From contig MCFH01000078.1 of the NCBI GenBank assembly GCA_002104945.1, positions 151,785 through 215,784 of the forward strand: a DNA stretch of 64,000 nucleotides, read 5' to 3'. This document shows positions 1 to 14,784 of the stretch, one piece after another. The DNA comes from Piromyces finnis finn (lineage: Eukaryota; Fungi; Neocallimastigomycota). The notes under the pieces are model-generated. The model did not search any database and was not told where the DNA came from. It saw nothing but the letters and a program-made list of their open reading frames with translations. Made by a program: the position numbers and the translations under genes. Positions within the stretch are counted from its first letter, which is position 1. Each line of letters begins with the position of its first letter.

Positions 1-12
1 GTAATATTATAG

Positions 13-1658
13 TTGGTCTATTCGTAATTGTGCTATGATGATGTTTACCACTATCTTACATAGAATCATTGGTTCTAAAAAGACTAGAGACGATTATAGT
101 TCAGTTAACTTCATTACTAGATCAGTTTTTGTCTCAAGATATCATAGTTTATATGTTTACTTATCAAAACTTTTAAATGAAGCATCAATCTTATTAGTAT
201 TTATCATTCAAATATATAAAATATACAAAATTATAAATTATATATATTAATATACCAATTTTTTTTTATCCAAATAATAAATAGGAAAAAGATTCATCCC
301 ACGTTCAACAAGATTTATTCTCTGTTTTAGTATTATTATCAAGATTACAACCTAATACTAAGAAAAGTGAAATTGAAACTGAAGATAAGGATTTAGAAAA
401 TGTCATTTCATCATTACGTTCATTTGCCAAATGTTCCATTTATCAAGTTAGAGAAGCAGCTGCTCGTTCTCTCGTACCTATGGTATCCAACCATAATATT
501 AATAAGTATTGTATTGATTTAATTAAGGATTATTGGAATCTTTCAAATCAAAATGGTCTTCACGGTAGTATGATTCAAATGAAATATTTATTAAAGAGTC
601 ATCTTATTATTAGCTCCTACCCAATGAAAAAAGGTAATTTCTTTTTTTTTTTAATCCGATCCAATGTTTATTCAAAATAAGCGATTAATTATTAATTTAA
701 TTTGTGAAAATACTTTTTAATTTATTTTCAAATTCATTGTTAATATTATTACTACTATTATTTCCTATTAGAATTTGTCGATAATGTATTATCCTTAATC
801 ATAGAAAGAGTCAATTTAATGTCAAAGAATTACAATAAGTGTGAATTAACCAGAGCAGAATACATTAATTTATTAAATGAAATATTATTTAATGAAGAAT
901 GGATTAACGAAAGTATTTCCTCTCAAGACAATGGTAACAATGAAGAAAATAAGGATAATAAGGATGATGAAGAAATTAAAAACTATATTCGCTTACAATG
1001 TACTCATTACAGAAAAATTGTATTTGATAAAATCAAAAACTTGTTATTTAATGAATATGAATATGCTCAAGTATGTATACGAATCTTTAGTAGATATCAA
1101 AGAGGAATCGAATTGTATCAATTAAACAATAGTATTAATAAATTTATTCATTATAATATTTATAATACATTAATAAATAGATTATGGGCACTTGGTATTT
1201 AAGAGAACATTGTACAAAGATTATCATGAAGGCTCTTATGTCCTACCAAGATTTAATTTGCACTTCTGAAAATGTTATTGAAAAATTGATTAAGGATCCA
1301 CAATTTGAAGTTCGTCAATACACCCTTCAAACCTTAATGAACTATCTCAATGAAGCTTCTCAATCAGACTATCAAAGAAACACATTATTAGAAAACTCTT
1401 TAAAGCAAATTATTGATGAAATTATTAAATTAGAAGATGATAAGCATGAATGTTTAAGCTTAAAGATTAAGATTATTCCAAAATTATTAAATAATTCTCT
1501 TTTCACTTATGATCTCCCATGTCAAAAACTTTGTGATTTATTAAATAAGATAAGAGATATTATTAATGTTTCTTATAAAAAGCATTTATCTGTCATAATG
1601 GAAAGTATAATTGTTTATGGATTTATTTTCAATAAGGTAATTAACATAGTAAATTATC

Positions 1659-1706
<48 letters not shown>

Positions 1707-2239
1707 AATGAAAAAAATATTAATATATATATTAGATTTACCAAAAGAAAGAAGAAATTAATAATGATAATTACATTCTTGATATGATGAAATCATGGTT
1801 TGAAATTATTAATAAATACAATGATGAAAATTCAACAGTTTGTATTTTTTTATTTATTATTATTATTATTATTATCAATATTATTTCATTTATTACAATA
1901 ATATTCATAAAATTATTGATATCATTCTATAACACTATTATTATAATGATAATTTTATATTAATATATTATATTTAATATAGGAATCTGGTGCTCTTCAT
2001 TACTCAATTTGTTCATCCATTGCTTATATGGAATCATTATTATCCAAGAGCTTACCACCATCATTAGAAACATACATTATGAAAATTTACTTTATCTTGA
2101 TAGAATACTTACAAGATGATGAATCTGAAATTCGTGATGCTGTTGCTCAAATTGTATCCAAGATTATATTACAACACAATGTAAGATACTTATAAAATAA
2201 ATATATATTTTTTTCAATTATTCATAAACTTATAACATT

Positions 2240-2279
<40 letters not shown>

Positions 2280-3134
2280 GATATAAATTTCTATAACTTT
2301 TAGTATATCATGTCAGAATCTAAAGCCTTAAACACATTATATGAAAAAATGGACAAAAACTTTAACACTAGAGAAGATTATCAAGAATCTTTGAAAAAGT
2401 CATTATTCAACTATAATATTGACGCTATAGGTAATAATGATAATGTTTAAATATGACTTTTATATTATTATTCATTATATTAAAATATATATATATTATA
2501 TATATTTTATTAAAATATTTAATAGATGAATTTATTATGAATAAGATTAAGCCAATTAAAAAAGCCTTCTTCCTTGAAAGACCAGATATTTATAAAGAAG
2601 CATTAATTAATGTTCAAAATATTATTAAATATATTACACCTGTCTCAGAAGATATTCAAAAAATAGTTGTTATCTTTAAAAAGCTTGACGCCACCTTACA
2701 TGATATTACTACAAAGTACGGAAATTCACAATTAAATCAAGTTATTTCAGATCGCGATATTTTTGTTATGATCTACAGTGTCTTAATTTGGCTTGAAAAA
2801 TGTATTCAATCCACCGAATGTTCAGCCGAAATAATTACCGGTAAATAAATATTGAAAGTTTAAAAAAAAAAAAAAAAAAAAAAACATAAATATAAATTTT
2901 ATACTAAATCTAAATATATTAAATTTTAAAAAAAAAAAAAAATTATAATATGTAGAAGTTCAAAAAATAATATCACAATGGAACAAAGACTACATTGAAA
3001 GTTTCCATTCTCTTATTATAGAAATAATTATGAATACTATAAATATTTTAAATACAAAGTCAAGTAATACTATTTCTAATACTGATGATAACGTTTATAA
3101 ATTTAAGTATGTTGATAGATTCTTCTTAAATTAA
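13..3134 (+). CDS. THADA: 3' part of THADA/Trm732-like HEAT/armadillo-repeat protein (tRNA 2'-O-methylation cofactor); 5'-truncated by the window; 9 exons seen
   Basis: Splices in frame through GT-AG introns: exons 13-196, 285-633, 772-1070, 1181-1636, 1736-1837, 1983-2180, 2304-2430, 2526-2840, 2956-3134 (TAA). Motifs WSIRNCAMMMFTTILHRIIG, LFSVLVLLSRLQP, VREAAARSLVP, NGLHGSMIQ, LQDDESEIRDAVA and FFLERPDIYKE resemble the THADA/Trm732 C-terminal half (recognised from memory). Confidence 0.8.
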
Positions 3135-4858
3135 ACACTGGTATAAATACAGAATTAAATGTGTGTTTATAAATTTTTCTTGAATTATCATTACTAGTAT
3201 ATATTCATCCAATTTATATTAATAATTATATATAATAATATTTTCAATGAAAATCTTTACTTTTTACAATATAACATATATACATATTTAATTTTATATT
3301 ATATTTTTAAACTCTATTTTTTAATAATTATTAAAGTTTTATATTTTAAATAATTCATCTATCCAATATCTACAAATAAATAAAATATAAAATATATATA
3401 TATATATATACTTTATATATCCATTTAATTTTGGTATTATTTTGATTACCTTGTAATCTTTATAATTATTTAATAAGAAAAAAAAAAAGGCTGATTTTAA
3501 CCTAAAAATATATTTTTAATGATAATAATTTAAATATCTATTATTAATGAAAGTGTATTATATTTCTTTTTTTTTTTTTATTTATATAATTTTAATATAA
3601 ATAATCTTTAAAATATTTCATTTTTTTTATACAATTGTTTCTTTTTTTTTTTTTGCAAATAAATTCATTCTATTACTCATTTATTTTTATTTATATTAAA
3701 ATATAAATAATCTTCAAATAACACAACATTCTTTTAAATAATCGTTTTTTTTATAGTGACATATTCAAAAGATTTTCTTTTATTTACACACATTTTTTAT
3801 TTTTAACTTTCTAGTATTTAGAGAATAGCCCAATCACACCACATCATTTCTCTTAAATTTAATATAAAGGCAAAATTTTTATTAAATATTAAAATTTTGG
3901 TTTTTTGTTTTAAGAAATTATAAATAGAAATATTTGTGTAACAAATGACGTTGAACAAAAAATTTAATAAATTTATTAAAAAAAGAAAAATGAAATACTA
4001 AAAAAACAATATTTTGTTCTCTTTAAACAATGGTAGAGTGATGATATTTTAAAGCATTTCAATTAGTTCGTATTATAAAATAATATGTTTATTAATAGTA
4101 TAATTATATTAAATATGATAGTATGTTGAATCATAAAAAATATTTCTAAAAATACTCTTAAAAAAAAAAAAAAAATAAATGAGCGATTATGTTTTGTAAT
4201 ACTAAAAAAAAAAACTGTTATTTTTATAATTAATATAATTATATAATAATATAAAGAAACAATAATATATTTATATACAATTAATTAAAAGAAAGCTTTT
4301 TTATTTGATAATAGTTTTCTATTTTAGTTTAATTTCAAGTTAAGTTTACAATATATATATATACTTTTTTTTTTCTTTTTTTTTTTTTCTGTTTTTGTTT
4401 TTATTTTTCTAAAAAAAAAATAATAATAAAGAAATATAGAAATCAAAAGTATATACATAAAATTATAATAAAATATAAATTGTAATTATTAATTGTATTT
4501 ACTTTAATTGTATTATAAAGGAAATCAATATATATCTTATTTAACAAAGTCACAAAAAAAAAAAAAATAATAATAATATCACTATAATACATCAATATCA
4601 AATATCTTATATATTTCTTTTAACTCTTAGTCTTCTCTGAACAAATTTTTCTTTGAAGCCTACTTTACATTAAATTGTTTAAATATATAATATATTTAGC
4701 ACTGGAATAGAATATATTATATATAAAAACATTTAACAAGGATATAAGAAAAAAAATACTAGACTAGGAGACTTTTTAAAAACAATTATATAATTTGTCC
4801 TATTTTAAAAATTTTAAAACTATTATAATTAATTTATATTAATAATATATTATCAAAA

Positions 4859-5954
4859 ATGACTTACTCAAATTATGATACTATACCCGATGAAATCTTA
4901 ATCAGGATTTTTTCTTTCATAACTAATGATAATTTAAATGATATTTTTAACTCTTTATTAGTCTCAAAGAGGTATTCATCTTCTAATATAATAATATAAT
5001 TTTTTTTTACTTCTATTTATAAAAAAATAATGAATTTTACTAATAATTTTTTTTAAAAAAATAATATATATATTATACATTTAAAATAGATGGAATAAAT
5101 TAGCTACATTTGCTTTATATAACTCTTTACATTTCCATAATATGAATCAACGATCAAATTTCTTCAGAGGATTATTAACAAATAATGAAGATCAATATTA
5201 TAATGAAAAGAAAGATAAATATCTCGATATATCATTACTTGAACGTGAATTCTTTTTTAATGAAAAAGTAAACCAGCAAATAGAAAATGAAATGGAAGTT
5301 GTTGATGATAGTGAAATTACTATCAATGATTATCCAATTCCAATGAAATATGTAAACTATGTTAAAAGTATTAATTTCGGTCTTTCTCCAGATGAAAACA
5401 GTGATGCTAATGAAGATGGTTCATTTAACAATAACTTTGAATGGCGTCAACATTGTGTTAATTCTTCTCTTAATATTATTTCTATCTATTGTCCAAATAT
5501 TATTTCATTAAATCTTTCTGGTTGTCAATACTATGATTATGTCTTGAGTGAATTTTTAGAAACCAGTAAAAATTTAATGTATTTAGATGTTTCATACTCT
5601 AGTATTAAACAAATGGGATTATTATCTATTCTTGAAGCCGTTAGTCGTTCAAACAATCCAATTCCACTTAGAGAAATTAATTTAAGTGGTATTTTCAGAT
5701 TCTGGCGTCTCTACCGTGAAGCTCGTTTCTTACCTAATTTAATTAAGTATGCTAAAGATCTTAGAAAAATTGTTATTCTCGACTGTCCTGATATTATGGA
5801 TGAAATAATAGAAGAATGTAAATCTATTAGAGACAATATTACTATTGTCTATGAAACAAAGACACCTATTAATGAAATGTATATGAAAGACTATTCCGAT
5901 GTAAAAAATGATAGTAGTTTAACTCTTTCCATAAATAATGAAATATATGTTTAA
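4859..5954 (+). CDS. F-box / leucine-rich-repeat (RNI-like) protein, 2 exons
   Basis: ATG 4859. Exon 1 (4859-4971) gives MTYSNYDTIPDEILIRIFSFITNDNLNDIFNSLLVSKR, a canonical F-box. GT-AG intron 4972-5089. Exon 2 (5090-5954) continues WNKLA... into ORF 5142-5954 with LRR units CPNIISLNLSGC, LMYLDVSYSSI, LREINLSG, LRKIVILDCPDI. Confidence 0.85.
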
Positions 5955-6636
5955 ATTTTATTAATTGTGAATATTATTTTTGATGTATTATAAATTTTAA
6001 TATATATTATTATAATATTTTTTATAAATAAAAAAGAAAAAAAATACACATAAAAAAATAAAAAAATAAATTTAAAAAAATAATGCCTATGCTAATTATG
6101 ATACAGATTTTATGATGCTTTTTAAGAGATTTATAGAAATCAACTTTAATATTTTTTTTTTGTTTTTTTAATAACCTTTTTTTATATTTTTACATATAAA
6201 AAATATATTGTTTCATATATGACTTTTTTTTATGTGACATTGATATTACAATTGATAATGTAGTATTCTATTACTGTTCTATTACTCAATAAATTTATGT
6301 AATTTTGAATTCTTTTTTTTTTATAAAAAAAATTTGACAATGTATTTTTAAATATAGCAGAATGAAGTAAAGTAATTATTAACAATTTTTTATAAAAATA
6401 TATACAACAACAACAATAATAATGAGTTGGGAAATAATTCTTCCTCCCTCTCTTTCCCCCTATTAACAGTATTATAATTAATTATTAACTAAATAACAAT
6501 AACTAGTATATATACGAATAAATCTAACCCATAACATCTTTTAATAACTCAAATTTAACCTATAACATAATCATGTGATCATATGATATTTTATCATAGA
6601 TTTATTGATATTAATGAGAAAAGCATATATTTCGTT

Positions 6637-7053
6637 AATAGTAATAGTAATAGTAATAGTAATAGTCAAAGTAATAGTAATAGTAATAGTAATAGTAATA
6701 GTAATAGTCAAAGTAATAGTAATAGTAATAGTAATAGTAATAGTAATAGTAATAGTCAAAGTAATAGTAATAGTAATAGTAATAGTCAAAGTAATAGTAA
6801 TAGTAATAGTAATAGTAATAGTAATAGTCAAAGTAATAGTAATAGTAATAGTAATAGTAATAGTCAAAGTAATAGTAATAGTCAAAGTAATAGTAATAGT
6901 CAAAGTAATAGTAATAGTCAAAGTAATAGTAATAGTCAAAGTAATAGTAATAGTCAAAGTAATAGTAATAGTCAAAGTAATAGTAATAGTCAAAGTAATA
7001 GTAATAGTAATAGTAATAGTAATAGTCAAAGTAATAGTCAAAGTAATAGTAAT
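6637..7053. repeat. (AATAGT)n hexanucleotide microsatellite punctuated by CAAAGT variants
   Basis: Directly visible; it generates the three spurious ORFs 6571-7041, 6583-7068 and 6605-7102. Confidence 0.97.
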
Positions 7054-8260
7054 TATTTTAAATACTAAATTTATTATAACAATTATAATAACAGAGTATT
7101 AACAATAACACGGTATAATAATATTAGTAGTAATTATAAAATACTATATACTATAACTATATGTTATTAAATGTTAACAATCATAAAGGATTCGTTTTAA
7201 AAATCCTTTAAAGGTCTTAATCTTTTTTTTTTTATGTTATCTACTTTTATTATTTTAATTTATAATATATTTAGAATATAATTAAATAAATTAAAATACA
7301 TATATTAATATATTAAATTGTTATTATACCAAAAATTTAATAATTAAATTTAAACCATCCATTTTAAAGAATAATAATTCAAATAAAGATAAAAACTAAA
7401 TAATTTTAATTATTTTCTAGTAGTTTTATTTGTTATCTGTAATTGGAAGTGGCCTTCTTTCTTTCTTTCTTTCTTTTTTTTTTTTTTGTATATATGAAAA
7501 ATAAAGGTTTTTTCTTTTTTACAAAAAAAAGGTTAATTATTAATAACAAAATTCTATAAATATTATAATTCAAATGAAATTCAATAATTCTATATTAATA
7601 GTTATCATATTTTTATTAAAAGAAAATGATGTTTTTATTTTGTCCTTCATCAAACTTTAATTATTATAGATTTTAATATAAAGATGCACTTTTAATTGTT
7701 GATTGCTGATGTTCCAATGATTTATATATAAATACATTTTTATATTTATGTGTTTTTTTTTTTTTTTTAAAAAAAAAAAGTAAAAAGAATTCTATCATTT
7801 TATTATTCGATGGTGAATATTATCTTTATTTTTTTTTGATAAAAATAATCAATTAAATTTCATTAAAAAAAAAAAAAAACTTTAATAAAGATAATTATGA
7901 AAAAAACAGAAAAAAAATTAAAAAAATTAAAATTTAATTAAACTTAAAAAGAAAGTGAAAACTTTGTGGATTAAAGAATGAAAGATACTGTAGCAGCAAA
8001 GGTTTGAATAATAATATGAATAGTATTGATTTCAGTTGTTATTTTAATAAATGAAAACATTTTATAAAGAATTTAATATCTATAATAATTATTTTTTTTA
8101 TATATGATGTGGTGTGGATTTAAACTTTTAGTATAATAAGAAATATATTGTATGTATACTGTGTAATACCTAATAATAGTATAGGATAATAAAGTATAGT
8201 GGTATTATATATAATACCAATAATAAATAACTTTAACATATATCCCATAGATAGTAGTAT

Positions 8261-8636
8261 TAATAATAATAATTATAATATTACTACTAATTATTACTAC
8301 TATTACTATTACTAATAATAATAATTACAATATTACTACTAATTATTACTACTAATTATTACTACTATTACTAATAATAATAATTACAATGTTACTACTA
8401 ATTATTACTACTAATTATTACTACTATTACTATTACTAATAATAATAATTACAATATTACTACTAATTATTACTACTAATTATTACTACTATTACTAATA
8501 ATAATAATTACAATGTTACTACTAATTATTACTACTATTACTAATAATAATAATTACAATGTTACTACTAATTATTATTACTACTACTACTACAATAATA
8601 ATTACAATATTACTACTACTACTAATAATAATAATA
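8261..8636. repeat. Degenerate ACT/ATT/AAT-based minisatellite (unit ~45-65 bp, e.g. actaattattactactattactaataataataattacaatgttact)
   Basis: Several recurrences of the block 'taataataataattacaat(g/a)ttactact' are visible. Confidence 0.9.
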
Positions 8637-10085
8637 AATTTCTTTTTTTTTTTTTTACAGATAGTCTTAATAATATTCTAATAAATATATTATTATATTA
8701 TTTTATATTAATAATAATATTATTAATGCTACACACTATTTCTATTTTTTTTTTTAATTCGTTTTCTCCTATGAATAGTAATGTATGTGGATTCGTTTCC
8801 ACATTTAAGCTATGGGTTATTTTTTTATTAATAATTAATAAAATAATATCCTTTTTATAAAGTTTTTTTTAAGCATTATTCCTAAAAGAATTTTCTTGTA
8901 GACGACTACATTGTTAATGCCATTTTCACAATAATCGTAATAGTAAAATTATCCTAGTTAAAGTTCCCAGAAAAACAAACAAATCACTCTGATAAGGCCT
9001 TACTATGAAAAAAGGATATGATGATGAACACTAATTCAAGGAATTTTTTACTAATTTCAAAGGAAAACCTTACCTATTTAAATTATATATAAAAATAGTA
9101 TAAATTATATTTATTATATATTATAATATATTATTAAATAATATTCTTATCAATTGATTATAATAAATTTTATAATGTATTATGTAGTCCAATAGGAATA
9201 TAAACAAATTAATATATTAACATCTAAAATTTCAATTATATATTGTATATTACAATATATTACATATATTAAATTACCATATATTATTTAATAGATTAAT
9301 AAAAAGGATAATAATCAAAATAATATAAACCAAAGTAAACTATAATTTTAGTAGTTTTAAGCGAAAAAAGTTAGCATTGAGGGTTAGGGATATTTACAAT
9401 GATAATAAAATTCTAATTTTATTTTTGTTAACTAATTCAATTTAATATATTATGTTAATATATTAAAATATATAGTTTTGTTGTACTAAAAAGCTTAAAA
9501 AAAAAAAGTATATAAAAAAGAAAAAATTCTGTGTGGTAGGATTTTTTTTGCGTTAATATATAAATAATAACATTTTATAGTAGATAGTAAAAGTTTATAT
9601 TACCTTGAACTATATAAACCTTTATAGTATAAAAAGCATAGGATTATAATATTTTTCACTAGAAATATTATATATAGACAAAAAAGAATAGTAACACGAC
9701 AATAAGAATAAATATTTTTTTAGTAAAATATTCATATATACCAATTTAAAGTGAGTAAACTATTTTCGTAGAATAAAAAGGACAGAAATATAAAATAAAT
9801 ATAAAATAATAATAGAATAAAAAAAAAAAAAAGTTAAATATTAGGAAAAAAAGAATAATTTTTTATATAATAATAAATAACAATACCATATATAATAGAT
9901 TTATATCTAATAACAATTCTTTTTATTATTCTATTTATAATATAATTCAAATAATAGAAACAAAACAAAATTAAAAAAGAATTTAAAAACGTACAACAAA
10001 TAGAATTTTATACATCTATTAAAAAAAATAACAACAACTTTAAATAGTTTTTACTTAGAAATTAAATATATAAAATAATAACAAA

Positions 10086-12368
10086 ATGGCTAACAAAAGT
10101 TCAATCGATCGTATTAGAGCTATCTACCAACATTTATTAACTAAACAACTTAATAATTGTGGTGATGAATGCTGTGGTAATATTAATGTTGAAAAATGGA
10201 TTAAAGATAACTTTACTCCATATTTAGGTGACAGTTCTTTCTTAACTAATAAACCAACTGAAGCTACTAAAAAAATTTGGGAATACTGTGAACAATTATT
10301 AAAGGAAGAAATCAAGAGTAACGGATGTCTCGATGTTGATGCTTCTAAACCATCAACTATTACTTCTCATGCTCCAGGTTACATTATCAAGGATTTAGAA
10401 AAAATTGTTGGTTTACAAACTGATGCTCCATTAAAAAGAGCTATTAAACCATTCGGTGGTATTAAGATTGTTAGAAATGCTTTAAAGGCTTACAATAGAA
10501 AACTTGATGAAAGTGTAGAAACTATCTTCAGATACAGAAAAACTCATAACGATGGTGTCTTTGATATTTACACTCCAGAAATGAGAAAGGCTCGTTCCAA
10601 TGCTATTATCACTGGTTTACCAGATGGTTATGGTCGTGGTAGAATTATTGGTGATTACAGACGTGTTGCCTTATATGGTGTTGACTACTTAATTAAGGAC
10701 AAAGAAAACGATAAATTAAAGATCGGTGGTATTATGAGTGAATCTAACATGCGTGATATTGAAGAACTTGCTGAACAAATTAAGGCTTTAAAGAGTTTAA
10801 AGCAAATGGCAATGTCATATGGATGTGATATTTCTAAGCCAGCTACTACTGCTCAAGAAGCTATTCAATGGACATACTTTGGTTATCTTGCTAGTGTTAA
10901 GGATCAAGATGGTGCTGCTATGTCAATGGGTCGTCTTGATTCCTTCTTTGATGTTTACATCGAAAGAGATATGGAAAAGGGTATCTTAAATGAAGAACAA
11001 GCTCAAGAATTAATTGATCACTTTATTATCAAGTTACGTTTAGTCAGACACTTACGTACTCCAGAATACAATGACTTATTTGCTGGTGATCCAACCTGGG
11101 TTACTATGGTTGTTGGTGGTATTAGTAATGATTCAAGCAAACCATTTGTTACTAAGACTTCATACCGTATCTTAAATACTTTATACAACCTTGGTCCAGC
11201 TCCAGAACCAAATATTACTGTTTTATGGAACGAAAAGCTCCCAATTCAATGGAAGAACTTCTGTACAAAGGTTTCTATTGATACTTCTTCTATTCAATAT
11301 GAAAACGATAATTTAATGAACCCAATTTATGGTGATGATTATGCTATTGCTTGTTGTGTCTCTTGTATGAGAGTTGGTAAGGATATGCAATTCTTTGGTG
11401 CTAGATGTAACTTAGCTAAGCTTATGCTCTACGTTCTTAACCATGGTTATGATGAAAGAACTGGTAAACAAGTTGGTCCAGACTTTGGTGAAGTTCCAGA
11501 AGGTCCAATTTCCTTTGACTGGATGTGGAAAACTTATGACAAGGCTATGGACTGGTTAGCTGAATTATACGTTAACACCATGAATGCTATTCACTATTCT
11601 CATGATCGTCACTGCTATGAAGCTATTCAAATGGCTTTACATGATACCAAGATTCGTCGTTTAATGGCTTTCGGTATTGCTGGTTTATCTGTTGTTGCTG
11701 ATTCATTCTCAGCTATTAAATATGCTAAGGTTACTCCAATTCGTGATCCAAAGACCGGTCTTACTGTTGACTTCAAGATCGAAGGTGACTTCCCAAAATT
11801 CGGTAATGACGATGACAGAGTTGATTACTTTGCTAAGACTATCCCAGAAATTTTCATTGAAAAATTAAAGAAATATCCAGCTTACAGAAATGCTCAACAT
11901 ACCTTATCTGTCTTAACTATTACTTCAAATGTTGTATACGGTAAAAAGACAGGTTCTACTCCAGATGGTCGTAAGGCTGGTGAAGCATTTGCTCCAGGTT
12001 GTAACCCAATGCACGGTAGAGAAACCTCTGGTGCTGTTGCCTCATTAAATTCCGTTTCTAAGGTTAACTACAATTCATGCTTTGATGGTATATCAAACAC
12101 TTTCACCCTTGTTCCATCAGTTTTAGGTAAGATTAGTGAAGAAAGAGTACAAAACTTGACTGGTCTTTTAGATGGTTACTTCTGCCGTGGTGGTTTCCAC
12201 TTAAACGTTAATGTATTAAATAAGGCTACTTTAGAAGATGCTATGGTACATCCAGAAAACTATCCAAACTTAACCATTCGTGTTTCTGGTTATGCTGTTC
12301 ATTTCATTAGACTTACTCCACAACAACAAAGAGAAGTTATTGCTCGTACCTTCCATGATACCATGTAA
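10086..12368 (+). CDS. pflB: Pyruvate formate-lyase (formate C-acetyltransferase, glycyl radical enzyme), intronless, 760 aa, with short PTS2-like leader
   Basis: Single ORF with [42 protein letters not shown] (Cys423/Cys424, equivalent to E. coli C418/C419) and LTIRVSGY (Gly735, the radical glycine, equivalent to G734). Confidence 0.98.
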   Translation: MANKSSIDRIRAIYQHLLTKQLNNCGDECCGNINVEKWIKDNFTPYLGDSSFLTNKPTEATKKIWEYCEQLLKEEIKSNGCLDVDASKPSTITSHAPGYIIKDLEKIVGLQTDAPLKRAIKPFGGIKIVRNALKAYNRKLDESVETIFRYRKTHNDGVFDIYTPEMRKARSNAIITGLPDGYGRGRIIGDYRRVALYGVDYLIKDKENDKLKIGGIMSESNMRDIEELAEQIKALKSLKQMAMSYGCDISKPATTAQEAIQWTYFGYLASVKDQDGAAMSMGRLDSFFDVYIERDMEKGILNEEQAQELIDHFIIKLRLVRHLRTPEYNDLFAGDPTWVTMVVGGISNDSSKPFVTKTSYRILNTLYNLGPAPEPNITVLWNEKLPIQWKNFCTKVSIDTSSIQYENDNLMNPIYGDDYAIACCVSCMRVGKDMQFFGARCNLAKLMLYVLNHGYDERTGKQVGPDFGEVPEGPISFDWMWKTYDKAMDWLAELYVNTMNAIHYSHDRHCYEAIQMALHDTKIRRLMAFGIAGLSVVADSFSAIKYAKVTPIRDPKTGLTVDFKIEGDFPKFGNDDDRVDYFAKTIPEIFIEKLKKYPAYRNAQHTLSVLTITSNVVYGKKTGSTPDGRKAGEAFAPGCNPMHGRETSGAVASLNSVSKVNYNSCFDGISNTFTLVPSVLGKISEERVQNLTGLLDGYFCRGGFHLNVNVLNKATLEDAMVHPENYPNLTIRVSGYAVHFIRLTPQQQREVIARTFHDTM

Positions 12369-13199
12369 ATTTAATAAATTATTTTTTATTGTAATTTAAA
12401 AAAAAAGAAAAGTTAGGTTCTTTTTTTTCCTACCCTCTCATTAATAATATCTAATATTCACGATAAAACAAACAAAATCAGTACAATATAACGAAAAAAA
12501 AAAAAAAAAAACAAATTAAAATGTAAATTTAATTAAAAATATATATATCATACATTAATTTTTTTTTATAATCAGCGTATATAATTTCTATTTCTATCCG
12601 ATAATTTATATCTTTTTTTATAAATTTAGTATAATAAAATAACCATTACAGAATTATTTATTTATAAAATAAAAATAAAAAAGAAAAAAAAATATAAAAT
12701 ATTTAAAAAAAAAAAAGATGAAAAACAACAATTAATTTAATTGATAATATTTAAAAAAGGAAATAAATATGTAAAAAAATGTTACACATTTATTATATAA
12801 CCTTTTTTTATATTATTACATAGTTTATTATTAAATAAAAATGCTCTTTTTTTTATTTTATTTATCATACCTATTAGTTTTTTTAATAAAAAAAAAAAAA
12901 AAATAAAAGATAAAAAATATATCCTAAAATAGAATAAAATAATAATAATAAAAAAAAAAAAAAAAAAAAAGAAAAAAGTGTGTTTTAAGAGACCCAAATA
13001 TATAGATACTTTGTGTGTGAATATTTTAACCAATTATAATAATAATTTTCGAAATACTTTTATATAATAAGTAATAATTATAAACTTTGTAGTAATAATG
13101 AGATTTTAGTTTTAATGGAAGTAATCTTTTTAAAGAAATAACAAACTAATTAAGGAGTACCTTTAGATATATATTATATATAAAAAGAATAATAATAGT

Positions 13200-13615
13200 A
13201 ACAAGTGGAAAAACTCAAATTGTATTATTTCATACTTTGTCAATTACATTCCTAAATTTAGAAAATATACATGGTGCAAATCAAGTATATTTTCTAAATT
13301 TTTGATTAATACACTAATTAATCAAAAATTACCAAACTCATTTTTCCATTTTAAAATCTTTATTTTAATAAATAATTTAAATAAAAATTATTATCAATAG
13401 GCCTTTTAATAAAAAGTTAAATAAGCGTGGAGATGTTAAAGCAATTAAAAACTTTTATTGGGAATATCTCAAAGGAAATTCAATCAAAGCGCAATATTAT
13501 GATGATAATAAATTTATTGAAACTAAAGATTTTATTAAATTATGTTAATTCCATAATCCAGCTATTAAATTTTTTCAGTCAATGTAATTCCAACAGTCCT
13601 ATCAATAATAATGTA
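13200..13615 (+). mobile_element. Degenerate internal fragments of the LINE family at 59543-64000 (post-RT region)
   Basis: 13200-13288 matches ~63018-63104; 13428-13550 matches ~63132-63251; ~13551-13612 matches ~63459-63525, so the CCHC-encoding segment is deleted. Confidence 0.9.
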
Positions 13616-13800
13616 CATTCCAAATTAGAACTTAATAAGTGGTGACTTAGGCTATGCCAAAAACACATAATATTCCTTAATCAATTTAAGTGTAAATATT
13701 AGGGGGCGGTTGACACGTGATCAAATTGACTATAAGAGGCTTAGCATTGTAGTTGTGAAATATCGTACAACGACATGCATCTAATGTACATGGATTAAGT

Positions 13801-13958
13801 GAGCGTCGAAGCTGAAGAAACAGTATGACAGACCAGGAGGGTCACAACCACCTAGCAATAGGAATGAGCCAACGTTTCTCTAAGAACCACCATTGGAGCT
13901 AACTCTGATCGATGGGAGAAATGCACTCGGAAGTTAAAAAAAAAAAAAAAAAAAAAAA
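13801..13958 (+). mobile_element. LINE 3' end with poly(A) tail
   Basis: gagcgtc..gctgaagaaacagta..gacag..caggaggg is shared with the copy at ~15080-15120, which directly continues the sequence found at the window's 3' end; it terminates in A23 at 13936-13958. Confidence 0.75.
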
Positions 13959-13960
13959 TC

Positions 13961-14784
<824 letters not shown>

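Noticed and set aside
1071-1202. Apparent frameshift between ORFs 819-1202 and 1184-1666 in THADA
   Set aside because: Resolved by a phase-0 GTATGT...AATAG intron at 1071-1180.
6571-7102. Three overlapping ORFs (poly-TI, poly-SN, poly-VI)
   Set aside because: Products of the stop-free hexanucleotide microsatellite; no non-repetitive coding context or splice partners.
8513-8860. 115-aa ORF
   Set aside because: Runs through a minisatellite and poly-T; compositionally non-coding.
10086-12368. Possible mosaic (gene-converted) PFL from a 5' vs 3' codon-usage shift
   Set aside because: Lys/Arg codon use checked by eye is mixed throughout; needs alignment to paralogs.
13808-13925. Hammerhead-like CTGAAGA / CTGATCGA..GAAA strings in the LINE 3' end
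   Set aside because: No stem II or flanking helices; CTGAAGA is part of coding A-E-E.
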